The notes beneath the pieces are model-generated. The model saw nothing but the letters and a program-made list of their open reading frames with translations. It had not been told where the DNA came from and did not search any database. Shown here piece by piece: positions 1 to 9,327 of a stretch of DNA of 64,000 nucleotides. The first letter of the stretch is position 1, and every line of letters starts with the position of its first letter. Origin of the DNA: Candidatus Hydrothermarchaeales archaeon (lineage in GTDB: Archaea > Hydrothermarchaeota > Hydrothermarchaeia > Hydrothermarchaeales > JAZGAD01). The stretch is taken from positions 18,542 to 82,541 of the forward strand of contig JAZGAD010000048.1 in assembly GCA_036444275.1 (NCBI GenBank). The letters run 5' to 3'. A program made the position numbers and the translations under genes.

Positions 1-2
1 TG

Positions 3-170
3 TCACCAAGTAGAGCCCAAGTTGTGCATGACCTGACGAGCGACCTCCTCTATGACAACATATTCCTATGGCGCTTGGAGAAGCCGAGAGATCCAAACCT
101 CTTCGCCCGCCTAGCCTTTAAAGAAGGTACATTTACCCTACCGGGGACAGCGAACGTCACGCAGAGTTAG
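3..170 (+). CDS. 3' end of an unidentified CDS entering from the left edge
   Basis: Open frame SPSRAQVVHDLTSDLLYDNIFLWRLEK...TQS* from the window edge to TAG at 168-170; no recognisable motif. Confidence 0.35.
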   Translation, partial: SPSRAQVVHDLTSDLLYDNIFLWRLEKPRDPNLFARLAFKEGTFTLPGTANVTQS

Positions 171-334
171 GATGTAGTAGTCGTACCTAACTTAGACTCT
201 ACCCTCTTGCTGCATCTTCCATTAGGGAGAAACACCTTCCCGTAATTCATGATAGAGTTACGTGCAACGTAGCAAAAGAAAGGGCATATTAGGCTTTATT
301 AGGCGTTATAAGAGTTTTAATAATTATTATTAAT

Positions 335-352
335 GACAAAATTTATAAATGG
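335..352 (+). promoter_or_regulatory. Putative archaeal BRE/TATA promoter of the fpo operon
   Basis: AAAATTTATAAAT about 25-30 nt upstream of the fpoA ATG, in an AT-rich intergenic stretch. Confidence 0.55.
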
Positions 353-373
353 GTTTCACCCTCCGGTGTTCAT

Positions 374-754
374 ATGACTATTTACGAATATTACATACCA
401 GTAGCCATATTCATAATTGTTGGATTGCTTTTCCCGATTGCTGCGATGGTGTCCTCCTGGCTTTTTAGAGTCAAAAATCCCTATCCTGAGAAGCTCACGA
501 CCTTTGAATGCGGTGAGATACCAATTGGCAATGCACAGATCCAATTCGACATACAGTATTACATGTTCGCAATCCTCTTCGTAGTGTTTGACATAGAGAC
601 TGTCTTCCTCTATCCATGGGCGCTGGTATTCCCAGAACTCGGGATGCTAGCTGTGCTCGAGATGATCCTTTTCATCGCTATCTTAGCACTCGGCTTGATA
701 TACGCCTGGAAAAAGGGAGTCCTAGAATGGATGCCCCTTACCTGGAGGGATTAA
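374..754 (+). CDS. fpoA: F420H2 dehydrogenase / complex I subunit A
   Basis: K.TTFECG loop, YYMFAILFVVFDIE and YAWKKGVLEW motifs; 3 TM; first gene of the operon. Confidence 0.95.
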   Translation: MTIYEYYIPVAIFIIVGLLFPIAAMVSSWLFRVKNPYPEKLTTFECGEIPIGNAQIQFDIQYYMFAILFVVFDIETVFLYPWALVFPELGMLAVLEMILFIAILALGLIYAWKKGVLEWMPLTWRD

Positions 755-1282
755 ATGAAGGTTCCAGTGGCCTTTGCAAAAAAAGACGACCTCTTGAAGA
801 TCGCAGAAGACGAAGATAAGAGGTCCGCTGTCGTAGAAAGCATGAAAAACGGCAGGGACTACCTTATCAGGTGGGGGCGTAAATCATCATTATGGGGGTA
901 TGCCTTCGGCCTCGCCTGCTGTTCAGTAGAGATGATATGTTTTGGAGCAGCGAGGTGGGACGCTGACAGGTTCGGCGTGATCTTCAGAGGCTCCCCTAGG
1001 CAGTCAGACCTCATGATCGTGGGGGGCACTGTAACCAAGATGATGGCACCCCGCATAAGGCGTTTGTACCATCAGATGGCAGAGCCCAGGTGGGTAATCG
1101 CCACTGGAGAATGCGCCATAACAGGCGGCCCGTTTTGGGATTCCTACAGCATCGTAATGGGCACAGATAAAATAATCCCAGTAGACGTTGTTATCCCGGG
1201 TTGCCCAGCTAATCCAGATGCGCTTTTCGACGGCATAATAAAATTGCAGAAGAAGATAATGGAAGGGGACGCTGGAAGGTGA
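755..1282 (+). CDS. fpoB: F420H2 dehydrogenase / complex I subunit B (N2 cluster)
   Basis: [18 protein letters not shown] and [10 protein letters not shown] motifs. Confidence 0.95.
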   Translation: MKVPVAFAKKDDLLKIAEDEDKRSAVVESMKNGRDYLIRWGRKSSLWGYAFGLACCSVEMICFGAARWDADRFGVIFRGSPRQSDLMIVGGTVTKMMAPRIRRLYHQMAEPRWVIATGECAITGGPFWDSYSIVMGTDKIIPVDVVIPGCPANPDALFDGIIKLQKKIMEGDAGR

Positions 1283-2955
1283 ATGAGGTAATAGATGCGC
1301 TGAAGATGCGCTTTAAGGAGGATATCCTCCATATATATGAGCAAAGAGAGAAGAGGATAGTTGCTGCCGTAAAGAAAGCAAGCATATTAGATGTCTGCAG
1401 GTATCTAAAAGAAGAGCTGGATTTTGATCATCTCTCCACCATTGCAGCTGTTGACCGCTCAAGGCTCGTCTCTGGTATAGACCACGATGGAAGCATGATG
1501 TATCGCAAGGATTTCGAGGTCACCTATCATATCTGGTCCTATTCCAGGCATACGATAGTCGAGTTGAAAACCATTATACCATGGAATTCCCCAAAGCTGC
1601 CTTCAGTTACTCCAATATGGAGGTCTGCGAACTGGCATGAGCGGGAGCATTATGATTTGATGGGCATAGTATTTGAGGGGCATCCGAATCTGCGGAGGAT
1701 CCTATTACCACAGAACTGGAAGGGCCATCCGCTGAGAAAGAACTATAAACTTGCTGAGAGCTCCTGGTTTCTAGAGAAAGATGAAGCTGAGTCAGAGGGA
1801 AGTGAACTCGATGAGCAGGTGCCTTATTTCGAGCTTGATGATAAACTAGCAGATAAAGTGAAAGAGGCGCAGGTCTCGGAGATGATAGTCAGATGCGGTC
1901 CAGTGCATCCCGGCATACATGGGCCTTGGCTGATAAACCTTAAACTTGACGGCGAGATCATAGTCGATGTTGATATTCAAATCGGCTACATACATAGGGG
2001 GCTGGAAAAGATTGCCGAGAACAGGACTTACCAGCAGTATCTGCCGGTTTCTGATAGGTACTGCTGGCTTACAGCGATATCGAATAATCTCTCCTATGTG
2101 CTTGCAGTCGAGGACTTAATGGATATTAAGCCGACTGAGAGGGCAGAGTATATCAGGGTGATCGTGCTGGAGCTCAACCGGCTCGCGAGCCACCTGATAT
2201 GGCTGGGTGCAATGGGCATAGATCTAGGCAACATCTCAGGGCTCATCTATCCCTTCAGAGAACGGGAATGGATGCTCGATCTCTTGGAGATGGCCTCGGG
2301 TAACAGGATGAACTACAACTTCGGAAGGTTCGGGGGAGTACTCTTCGACTTGGATGAGAAATTCATAAAAAAGGCGAAGAAGACCATGGAGATCTTCATG
2401 CCGAGGCTGCAGGAATATGCGGACTTCTTCAGCGGCAGTAGGATATGGAGGGCTAGGACGCAGGGTGTAGGTGAACTAACAGCAAAGGATGCAAAAAATC
2501 TGGGTGTCACAGGGCCGATGCTCAGAGCTACTGGTGTAAAGGCTGACACGAGGAAAGACGATCCTTATGCTACCTATGAAGAGATCGACTTCGAGATTCC
2601 AACGAGGAAGGATGGCGATGCATTTGCAATGTATGAGGTAAGGATGGAAGAGATGAGGATAAGCACAGAGATAATTGACCAAGCCCTAGATAACCTCCCA
2701 AATGGCCCTTACCAGGAGGAAGTAGGAAGGGTTGAACCCAGTGGAGAGGCCCTCAGTAGGATAGAGGAGCCGAGGGGGGAGATCGCAACATACTTGGTCG
2801 GCGACGGTAGCGACAAGCCGTATAGGCTTAAGGTCCGGGCAGCAGAGTTTGTTAATATATCAGCGCTGCCCCACCTCGTGCGGGGATTTAAGATCCCTGA
2901 TTTAATAGCAATCATAGGAGGCATGGACCCATGTCTTGGGGGGATAGACAGGTAA
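1279..2955 (+). CDS. fpoCD: Fused subunit C/D of Fpo/complex I
   Basis: Nuo[27 protein letters not shown] followed by Nuo[26 protein letters not shown] and C-terminal DPCLGGIDR; no complete NiFe CxxC pairs. Confidence 0.93.
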   Translation: MNEVIDALKMRFKEDILHIYEQREKRIVAAVKKASILDVCRYLKEELDFDHLSTIAAVDRSRLVSGIDHDGSMMYRKDFEVTYHIWSYSRHTIVELKTIIPWNSPKLPSVTPIWRSANWHEREHYDLMGIVFEGHPNLRRILLPQNWKGHPLRKNYKLAESSWFLEKDEAESEGSELDEQVPYFELDDKLADKVKEAQVSEMIVRCGPVHPGIHGPWLINLKLDGEIIVDVDIQIGYIHRGLEKIAENRTYQQYLPVSDRYCWLTAISNNLSYVLAVEDLMDIKPTERAEYIRVIVLELNRLASHLIWLGAMGIDLGNISGLIYPFREREWMLDLLEMASGNRMNYNFGRFGGVLFDLDEKFIKKAKKTMEIFMPRLQEYADFFSGSRIWRARTQGVGELTAKDAKNLGVTGPMLRATGVKADTRKDDPYATYEEIDFEIPTRKDGDAFAMYEVRMEEMRISTEIIDQALDNLPNGPYQEEVGRVEPSGEALSRIEEPRGEIATYLVGDGSDKPYRLKVRAAEFVNISALPHLVRGFKIPDLIAIIGGMDPCLGGIDR

Positions 2956-2989
2956 GTAGGAGATAGGCGAGGCGAGGTTAGGAGGAAAA

Positions 2990-4117
2990 ATGGGACTTTA
3001 TGCTGAGGACATGGATCGGCTCTACCATGGGAGAACCGCATTTATCCAGCTAGTCGTGGCTGCTGCTACGATGGTTGTAGCTCTCGTTGGCGCCTCTTTG
3101 CTTGTAAGCTATATCGGGAGCCTTGCCCCTCCCTGGTTTTGGGATAATCCCTGGATCAGAGGCATTATAGGAGCGATTTTGTGGGCAGCGATCGCCGGTG
3201 TAGGCGGTCTGTACTTAACATGGCTTGAAAGAAAGGTGATGGCGAGGATCCAAGTAAGATACGGGCCGAATAGATGGGGAAAATACGGGCTCCTGCAACC
3301 GTTTGCAGACGCCATTAAATTACTGACAAAAGAAGATGTGATACTGGATGCAGCGGACAAAGCGGTCTTCAGAGCTGCGCCTATCGTTGCCTTTGCGCCT
3401 GCATTTCTAGCATTTGCAGCTGTCCCTGTTACCGCGGAGCTCATTGTTTCTAGAACTGATATAGGTATCTTATTCATAATCGCCGTGAGTTCTCTAACTC
3501 CTATAGGCGCTATCATGGCTGGATGGGGGCCAAATAATAAATGGAACCTCATAGGAGGGATGCGCTTCGCAGCCCAAATGATAAGCTACGAGGTGCCGAT
3601 GGTACTGGCGATCATAGGCCCGATAGCCCTTGCACGATCCCTTAACGGCGTAACGATAGTCATGGCACAGGCTGGCTACTGGTTTGGATTTATCCCAAAG
3701 TGGTATGTCTTCCTCCAGCCCCTGGGCTTTCTCATATTCCTCATAGCGTTCATGGCAGAAACCTGCAGGATACCCTTTGATCTTCCAGAGGCCGAAAATG
3801 AATTGGTCGGTGGCTGGATAACCGAGTACAGCGGCATGAAGTTTGTCATGCTCCTCCTCGTCGAATACGTTCATTTAATCGCCGGCGGCGCCTTGGTTGT
3901 GGTGTTGTTCCTAGGGGGCTGGCAGGGGCCATTCTTGCCTCCTCTGGCTTGGTTTATGATAAAGTTGCTAGCTGTGATTTTCTTCATGATGCTGGTTAGG
4001 GCAACGCACTTCAGGACGAGGATAGATCAACTCCTTGCTTTGGGCTGGAAAGTACTCCTTCCACTAGCACTTCTCAACATAGGCATAACAGGAATTATAT
4101 TGGCATTGACGGTGTAG
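2990..4117 (+). CDS. fpoH: F420H2 dehydrogenase / complex I subunit H
   Basis: ERKVMARIQVRYGPN, QPFADAIKLLTKE, PFDLPEAENEL and TEYSG motifs; extra hydrophobic N-terminal segment. Confidence 0.95.
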   Translation: MGLYAEDMDRLYHGRTAFIQLVVAAATMVVALVGASLLVSYIGSLAPPWFWDNPWIRGIIGAILWAAIAGVGGLYLTWLERKVMARIQVRYGPNRWGKYGLLQPFADAIKLLTKEDVILDAADKAVFRAAPIVAFAPAFLAFAAVPVTAELIVSRTDIGILFIIAVSSLTPIGAIMAGWGPNNKWNLIGGMRFAAQMISYEVPMVLAIIGPIALARSLNGVTIVMAQAGYWFGFIPKWYVFLQPLGFLIFLIAFMAETCRIPFDLPEAENELVGGWITEYSGMKFVMLLLVEYVHLIAGGALVVVLFLGGWQGPFLPPLAWFMIKLLAVIFFMMLVRATHFRTRIDQLLALGWKVLLPLALLNIGITGIILALTV

Positions 4118-4120
4118 GAA

Positions 4121-5797
4121 ATGGTATTAAAACCCACGATAATAGGATTCAAGCACCTCTTTAGAAGACCGGTGACGATACAGTATCCCTTCGAGAAACT
4201 GAAGGTCTCAGAGAAATACAGAGGCGTACCAGCTGTGAATCCAGATGCATGCACTGCTTGCGGTAGGTGCATAGAAGTATGCCCCAATGACTGTACCATA
4301 CTTGTAGATTGGGAGGGTGGCCAGAGAAAGGGAAACCAGGTGCCGAATTTGTATACCTCACGCTGCATGTTCTGCGGCCTATGCGTTGAGGTCTGTCCCA
4401 CTGGAGCACGAGTGAGTACGCGGGAATATGAGTTGGCGGAGTATACGCGAGAAGAATCCCTCTGGAGTCCTGAGCGTATGCTACCTCTCGTTATAGATAG
4501 AACCGTATCACCTATCGTTAAGGCACCAGAAATAAACGAGGATGAATGTGTAAACTGCTTGGAATGCAAGCGGATCTGCCCTGAAGATGCGATTTCGAAT
4601 ATCGATAAAGGTGACAAGAGGACGCTCGTGATAGACTATGATAAATGCACCTTCTGCGGGAAATGCATAGACATATGCCCGCCTCAAGCATTGAGATATG
4701 CGGAGAAAGAGATTAAAGAGGGCATGAAGCTCGAGTGGAAGAAGAAGATACCGGTTAAGGACATAGAAGTCAAAAATTACTTCGAGCTGCTAAATAAGAA
4801 GGTGATAGAGTCCAACTGGTGCTCCCACTGCACTGCATGCATAGTGGCATGCCCAGTCGAGAGGATAAAGGGAAAAGACGTGGAGATATACGAGGACGAG
4901 AGTATTGAGTGCAGCGACTGCAGTCTCTGTGTTCGTTCTTGCCCAAGATATGACTACGAGAATCCAAATGGTCTAGGCGATTATCTAGAGGTATTCTCAG
5001 CTGGCTCAAAGAGGTTCGTAGGCCAAGATGGAGCTATGGTAACAGAGCTACTAACGAGTGCGATGGAGATGGGCATCATAGACACAGCTATCGTGGTTTC
5101 TGGAGACAAGCACTGGCACCCGGTGCTTAGGATTGCGCACACACCTGAGGAAGTAACCGCTGGTTTGAAGACCAAGTATGCCCTGGCTGACGTTCTCTCT
5201 ATTTTGAAGCTTGCTGACAGTCAGACTAGAAAGGGTATTGGAATTGTGGGTACGCCGTGCCAGATAGAGGGCTTTAGGAGGCATGCCGAGAAGACCAAAT
5301 TCTTCACATCAAAAGTAAAGCTGGTTGTAGGCATCTTCTGCTTTGAGAATTTCTATTACAAGAGGTTCTACGAGGACTTTCTAGGCGGACACGGCATAGT
5401 TGCAAAGGATATAGAGAGGGCTGACATGAAGAAAGGCGTGCTCACCGTGGATACAAAAGACGGGAAGATATACGAGTTCAAGGTCGCCGAGTTCGAGCAC
5501 TATGCACTGCAGGGCTGCATGATCTGCCAGCACTTCATCAACATGACCGCTGACATTTCTGTGGGTGGAAGCGGATCCGAAATGGGTTTCAGTAGCGTAT
5601 TCGTCAGGAGGGAAAACGTGACGCCCATAATAGAGTACATGAGAGAAAAGGGTTATATCGAAGAAGCTGGGGAAGAACAGATGGAGAAGGTTTTGAAGGT
5701 GAATAATTTTATGTGCAGGTTTAAGATTAAGAAGCATCCGATTGAGCCCTATCTAGAGGCAAGAGGTAAAGCAGGAGTCGTTGCAGATGGCAGCTGA
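4121..5797 (+). CDS. fpoI: FpoI-polyferredoxin-FpoF(FrhB-like) fusion protein
   Basis: N-terminal VTIQYP and CTACGRC/CMFCGLC (NuoI); four further CxxCxxCxxxCP motifs; C-terminal FrhB domain (GQDGAMVT, VGTPCQ, GIFC.ENF, GCMIC, ADISVG). Confidence 0.9.
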   Translation: MVLKPTIIGFKHLFRRPVTIQYPFEKLKVSEKYRGVPAVNPDACTACGRCIEVCPNDCTILVDWEGGQRKGNQVPNLYTSRCMFCGLCVEVCPTGARVSTREYELAEYTREESLWSPERMLPLVIDRTVSPIVKAPEINEDECVNCLECKRICPEDAISNIDKGDKRTLVIDYDKCTFCGKCIDICPPQALRYAEKEIKEGMKLEWKKKIPVKDIEVKNYFELLNKKVIESNWCSHCTACIVACPVERIKGKDVEIYEDESIECSDCSLCVRSCPRYDYENPNGLGDYLEVFSAGSKRFVGQDGAMVTELLTSAMEMGIIDTAIVVSGDKHWHPVLRIAHTPEEVTAGLKTKYALADVLSILKLADSQTRKGIGIVGTPCQIEGFRRHAEKTKFFTSKVKLVVGIFCFENFYYKRFYEDFLGGHGIVAKDIERADMKKGVLTVDTKDGKIYEFKVAEFEHYALQGCMICQHFINMTADISVGGSGSEMGFSSVFVRRENVTPIIEYMREKGYIEEAGEEQMEKVLKVNNFMCRFKIKKHPIEPYLEARGKAGVVADGS

Positions 5798-6281
5798 TTT
5801 AGCAGTATTTTTAATAATAGCTCTGATTACGATAGTTGCATCTGTTTTAGTTCTAGAATCCAAAGAGATATTCCATGCCGCATTATTTTTGGCCTTATCC
5901 TTCATTGGCGTAGCCGGATTATTTGTACTCCTCGGGGCTGAATTCCTAGCTGCTATCCAGGTTTTGATCTATGCAGGGGCTGTGATTATACTGGTCTTAT
6001 TTGCAATCGTACTGACGAAGAGGGACAAGGTAGGAGCGGGACTGGAAGAGCATGACAGCAGCTTGTTGAGGTTCGTAATAGCTGCGGCGTTTGTATTCCT
6101 ACTGGCGCTGCCCATTGCAAGTGTCGCCTGGCCTACCCACATGGTGGTTGAGTTTTCTACAGCCGCAATAGGGATTTCGATGTTCACAGAGTATGTTATC
6201 CCGTTTGAGATAATATCATTGGTATTGCTAGCTGCTTTGATCGGCGCGGTTTTTCTTGCGAAGAGGGAGGATGCATCGTGA
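5787..6281 (+). CDS. fpoJ: Fpo/complex I subunit J
   Basis: AEFLAAIQVLIYAGAV and PFEIISLVLLAALIGA motifs. Confidence 0.93.
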   Translation: MAADLAVFLIIALITIVASVLVLESKEIFHAALFLALSFIGVAGLFVLLGAEFLAAIQVLIYAGAVIILVLFAIVLTKRDKVGAGLEEHDSSLLRFVIAAAFVFLLALPIASVAWPTHMVVEFSTAAIGISMFTEYVIPFEIISLVLLAALIGAVFLAKREDAS

Positions 6282-6586
6282 TTCCACTCCTCTATTACTT
6301 GCTCCTATCGACCGTTCTCTTTGGAATCGGAGCCTACGGGGTCATGACGAAGAGAAACGCAGTACGCGTGCTGATGGCGATCGAGATAATGATGAGTGCA
6401 GCGACGATAAACCTCGTGGCCTTCTCGGCGTATATGCCACACTTAAATATATCTGGACAGATATTCGCATTGTTCGTAATAGCAATTGCTGCAGCTGAAA
6501 GCTGTATTGGACTAGCGATATACATCCAGCTGTTCCGTGTCTACGGCACTATTGATGTTAGAGAGATGAGTACCCTGAAGTGGTAA
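6278..6586 (+). CDS. fpoK: Fpo/complex I subunit K
   Basis: LFGIG.YG, AIEIM and IAAAE..IGLA motifs. Confidence 0.94.
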   Translation: MIPLLYYLLLSTVLFGIGAYGVMTKRNAVRVLMAIEIMMSAATINLVAFSAYMPHLNISGQIFALFVIAIAAAESCIGLAIYIQLFRVYGTIDVREMSTLKW

Positions 6587-6600
6587 TAGGAAGGTTTGAC

Positions 6601-6699
6601 ATGCCTGAAGCTGAAGTGATACATTCGCTAAGACCGTTTACCCCACTGCAACTAGCGCATACAGCTGTTAAAGAGTTCTTGCACATCGGAGGATTATGA
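6601..6699 (+). pseudogene. 32-aa minigene: first and last residues of an MrpD-type gene joined by an internal deletion
   Basis: MPEAEVIHSLRP+FTPLQLAHTAVKEFLHIGGL* matches the N-terminus (MVAEVVQSIRP) and C-terminus (YTPFRLTHAAVRQFLHMPALF) of the 500-aa subunit at 19730..21232; purine-rich RBS upstream; ATGA overlap with the next gene. Confidence 0.75.
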
Positions 6700-7100
6700 T
6701 GAGAAAGATAAGAAAGAAATTGGCTACAACAAATGTTGCAAAAAAAATCTTTGCCATTGCCCTGGTATTTATCTTTATTTCAATCTTACTCTCTCCTGCA
6801 TGGGCGGTCAGCTCCTCAACTTCAGAGCTTAAAAAGTCTCATGGAGAAGGCGGTGTTCAGGAACCTGAAGGTGTTATGAAGCATGGAGAAGCTGTAGCTG
6901 TAGAAAGGAAAGCTGAAGTCCACGAGGAACGCGATCATGAGGTAGCAGATCATGAACACGAGGCGGCTCACGAAGAGCCCTGGTGGAGATTTCGTGGATT
7001 TGAAGCCGTTTTTGCGGTCTTCGCCTGCCTTTATTTCTTTTTGGCGGTGAAGGGGCTACCCTTGATACTGGAAGACAAATCGATGGGCAGGAGACATTAG
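6696..7100 (+). CDS. Small membrane protein with His/Glu-rich loop (mrp-operon-type accessory protein)
   Basis: Signal/TM segment, HEERDHEVADHEHEAAHEE linker, PWW..RGFEAVFAVFAC TM; closely spaced with neighbours. Confidence 0.8.
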   Translation: MMRKIRKKLATTNVAKKIFAIALVFIFISILLSPAWAVSSSTSELKKSHGEGGVQEPEGVMKHGEAVAVERKAEVHEERDHEVADHEHEAAHEEPWWRFRGFEAVFAVFACLYFFLAVKGLPLILEDKSMGRRH

Positions 7101-7103
7101 TAG

Positions 7104-9311
7104 ATGGATACCATAATCCTCCCGGCACTGATATATATTATAGGTGCGTGCTTGATCCCCTTTTTGAAGGGGAAGACCAAGAAGGCTTTCCTAGTCTTAG
7201 TACCTTTGATAGTCCTAGTAGAGGTACTCTTGATTAAGGCGCCTATGACTGGGTGGCGTTTTTCCTATCTAGATTTCACTATCACCCTATTCTACGCCGA
7301 TAGATTGAGCATGTTGATGGGGTACATATTCAGCATCATAGGCTTCCTGTGTATCCTCTACTCCCTCCATGTCGAAGATGATCAACATCACGTCTTCACC
7401 TTCCTCTATGTGGGCGCCGCATTGGGCGTCGTATATGCCGGGGACTTCTTCTCCTTCCTGGTGTTCTGGGAAATAATGGCCATCACCGGTGCCGGGATCA
7501 TATGGGTAAAGAGGGACGAAAAGGCGGTAAAGGCCGGGTTTAGATACGTGATGATGCACGTCATAGGTGGGGCCGTGCTGATGGCGGGCATACTGGTGCA
7601 CTATGCTTCTACCGGTTCCATCGTCATGGGTCCAGTGGAGTCGGGTATAGCAGCGGCTTTGATCCTCTTTGGAATCGGCTTGAATGCGGCATTCATCCCG
7701 ATCCACACATGGCTGCCTGATGGCTATCCCTCTGCCCCTCTCACTGGGAGCATCTTCCTCTGCGTATTCACCACCAAGAGCGCGGTCTATGCCCTCGCTA
7801 GAACATCTCACGGCCCATCCATGTTCGTCGCTTATATGGGGGGTTTGATGGCGGTATACGGCGTGACCTTTGCGTTGATGCAGGGCAATGCAAGGAAGTT
7901 GTTGTCCTACCACGTCATCAGCCAGGTGGGCTACATGGTGGCGGCCGTGGGCATAGGAACCGCCATCGGTGTAAATGGCGCCTTCTTCCATGTCTTCAAT
8001 CACATCCTCTACAAGTCCCTCCTCTTCATGTGCATAGGCGCCGTCATCTACCGCACGGGCATAGAAGATCTCAAAGAGCTCGGCGGACTCGCGAGAAAGA
8101 TGCCGATAACGACTCTAACTGCCATCGTCGCAGCGGCCTCCATTTCCGGTGTGCCCTTCTTCAATGGTTTTGCGAGCAAGGGTCTGATATTCGAGGGCGC
8201 CCACAACATACACGGTCTTTACATACTCCTGGAGATAGCGGCAGTGGGCACCTTCCTATCCTTCTGCAAATTCATCTACTTCGGGTTCTTGAGGAAGAGG
8301 GATGTAGAGCTCGATGTCAGCGATCCTCCTTTGCATATGTCCCTCTCCATGGCGATAACAGCCTTCATGTGCTTTTTCATCGGCGTCTATCCCCCGTTGG
8401 TAGCTACTATATTGCCATTCGAGACGCCCTTCCACTATTACGGGTTGGGACACCTCTTTGGCGCATTCCTCCTCCTGGGAACCACAGCGGTGATCTTCTG
8501 GAAAGGGAAGAATCTATTCGCGCCCCACAAGTGGGTGATTCGCGATTTTGATCGTATCTATAGAAGGGCCGCCACCGGCTTCTTCTGGTTATGCAATGTC
8601 CCGGGGGTTAAGATAGACAGGATGATAAACAGGGGCTACGAGGGCGGCAGCAGAAAGCTGATGACGGTCGCCATACCAGCGACGGAATTCGACAGGGTGA
8701 TAGACAATGCCTATGTGGGCACGGGTAAGAGGCTGGTTGAGACAGCTGCGCCCGCTACGGAATTTGACAGGATGATAGACAAGGGATATATTAAAACCGG
8801 TGAGAAGCTTGTGGATGCAGTTGGTCCCCCCGCTACGGAATTTGATAAGATGATAGACAAGGGATACGTAGAGACCGGCGAGAAGTTTGTGGATAGCATC
8901 GGCCGTGGTAAGGTGAGATACGAGCCTGGAGAGTCTGAATTTTTCGACGTGAAAAGTGAGGAGGAGTTTCGGTTGTTTGGGAGATACTCTGTTACCATTC
9001 CTAGTTTTGGGGAAAGGATGCCTTTGAAGAAGAGCGAGGGGATCTTCTTTGAGTTCACTAATCATGTAGCCGCATTTGACCTGAAGGTCATCGATGGGGT
9101 TGTAAATCTATGTGGCATGGGTGTCTGGGGCATTTCAAAGATATCGGATATATTCGATATAAGAGTTGTCGATGGTACTGTGAATGGCATCGCTGATGCA
9201 CTTCGTGTGTTCGGGAGCAAGCTGCGGAAACCCGAGACAGGGATAATACATGACTATGCAAGTGCAGTGATAATGGGAGTAATCGCTTTGGGGATAGTAA
9301 TACTAACCTAG
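7104..9311 (+). CDS. Chimeric antiporter-like subunit in the fpoL position: MrpD-type core, tandem helix repeats, NuoL/FpoL C-terminal tail
   Basis: FLVFWEIMA, GLNAAFIPIHTWLPDGYP, FTTKSAVY, HILYKSLLF, GFASK; tail FD.KVIDGVVN...LRKPETGIIHDYA plus final TM, typical of NuoL. Confidence 0.85.
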   Translation: MDTIILPALIYIIGACLIPFLKGKTKKAFLVLVPLIVLVEVLLIKAPMTGWRFSYLDFTITLFYADRLSMLMGYIFSIIGFLCILYSLHVEDDQHHVFTFLYVGAALGVVYAGDFFSFLVFWEIMAITGAGIIWVKRDEKAVKAGFRYVMMHVIGGAVLMAGILVHYASTGSIVMGPVESGIAAALILFGIGLNAAFIPIHTWLPDGYPSAPLTGSIFLCVFTTKSAVYALARTSHGPSMFVAYMGGLMAVYGVTFALMQGNARKLLSYHVISQVGYMVAAVGIGTAIGVNGAFFHVFNHILYKSLLFMCIGAVIYRTGIEDLKELGGLARKMPITTLTAIVAAASISGVPFFNGFASKGLIFEGAHNIHGLYILLEIAAVGTFLSFCKFIYFGFLRKRDVELDVSDPPLHMSLSMAITAFMCFFIGVYPPLVATILPFETPFHYYGLGHLFGAFLLLGTTAVIFWKGKNLFAPHKWVIRDFDRIYRRAATGFFWLCNVPGVKIDRMINRGYEGGSRKLMTVAIPATEFDRVIDNAYVGTGKRLVETAAPATEFDRMIDKGYIKTGEKLVDAVGPPATEFDKMIDKGYVETGEKFVDSIGRGKVRYEPGESEFFDVKSEEEFRLFGRYSVTIPSFGERMPLKKSEGIFFEFTNHVAAFDLKVIDGVVNLCGMGVWGISKISDIFDIRVVDGTVNGIADALRVFGSKLRKPETGIIHDYASAVIMGVIALGIVILT
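8601..8903 (+). repeat. Four tandem 75-78 bp (25-26 aa) coding repeats, consensus PATEFDRMIDKGYVxTGEKLV
   Basis: Units start at 8601, 8676, 8751 and 8829; visible in both DNA and protein. Confidence 0.9.
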
Positions 9312-9327
9312 ATGAAGGAGGAATAAT

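Noticed and set aside
755-2955. Group 4 NiFe hydrogenase
   Set aside because: Neither CxxC Ni-binding pair is complete, and gene order A-B-CD-H-I-J-K-(L)-M-N is complex I/Fpo-like.
8601-8903. CRISPR array
   Set aside because: The repeats are in-frame coding units without unique spacers; no CRISPR array or cas gene was seen in the window.
7287-9065. Minus-strand and alternate-frame ORFs inside the fpoL-slot gene
   Set aside because: They overlap a well-supported gene and show no protein motifs.
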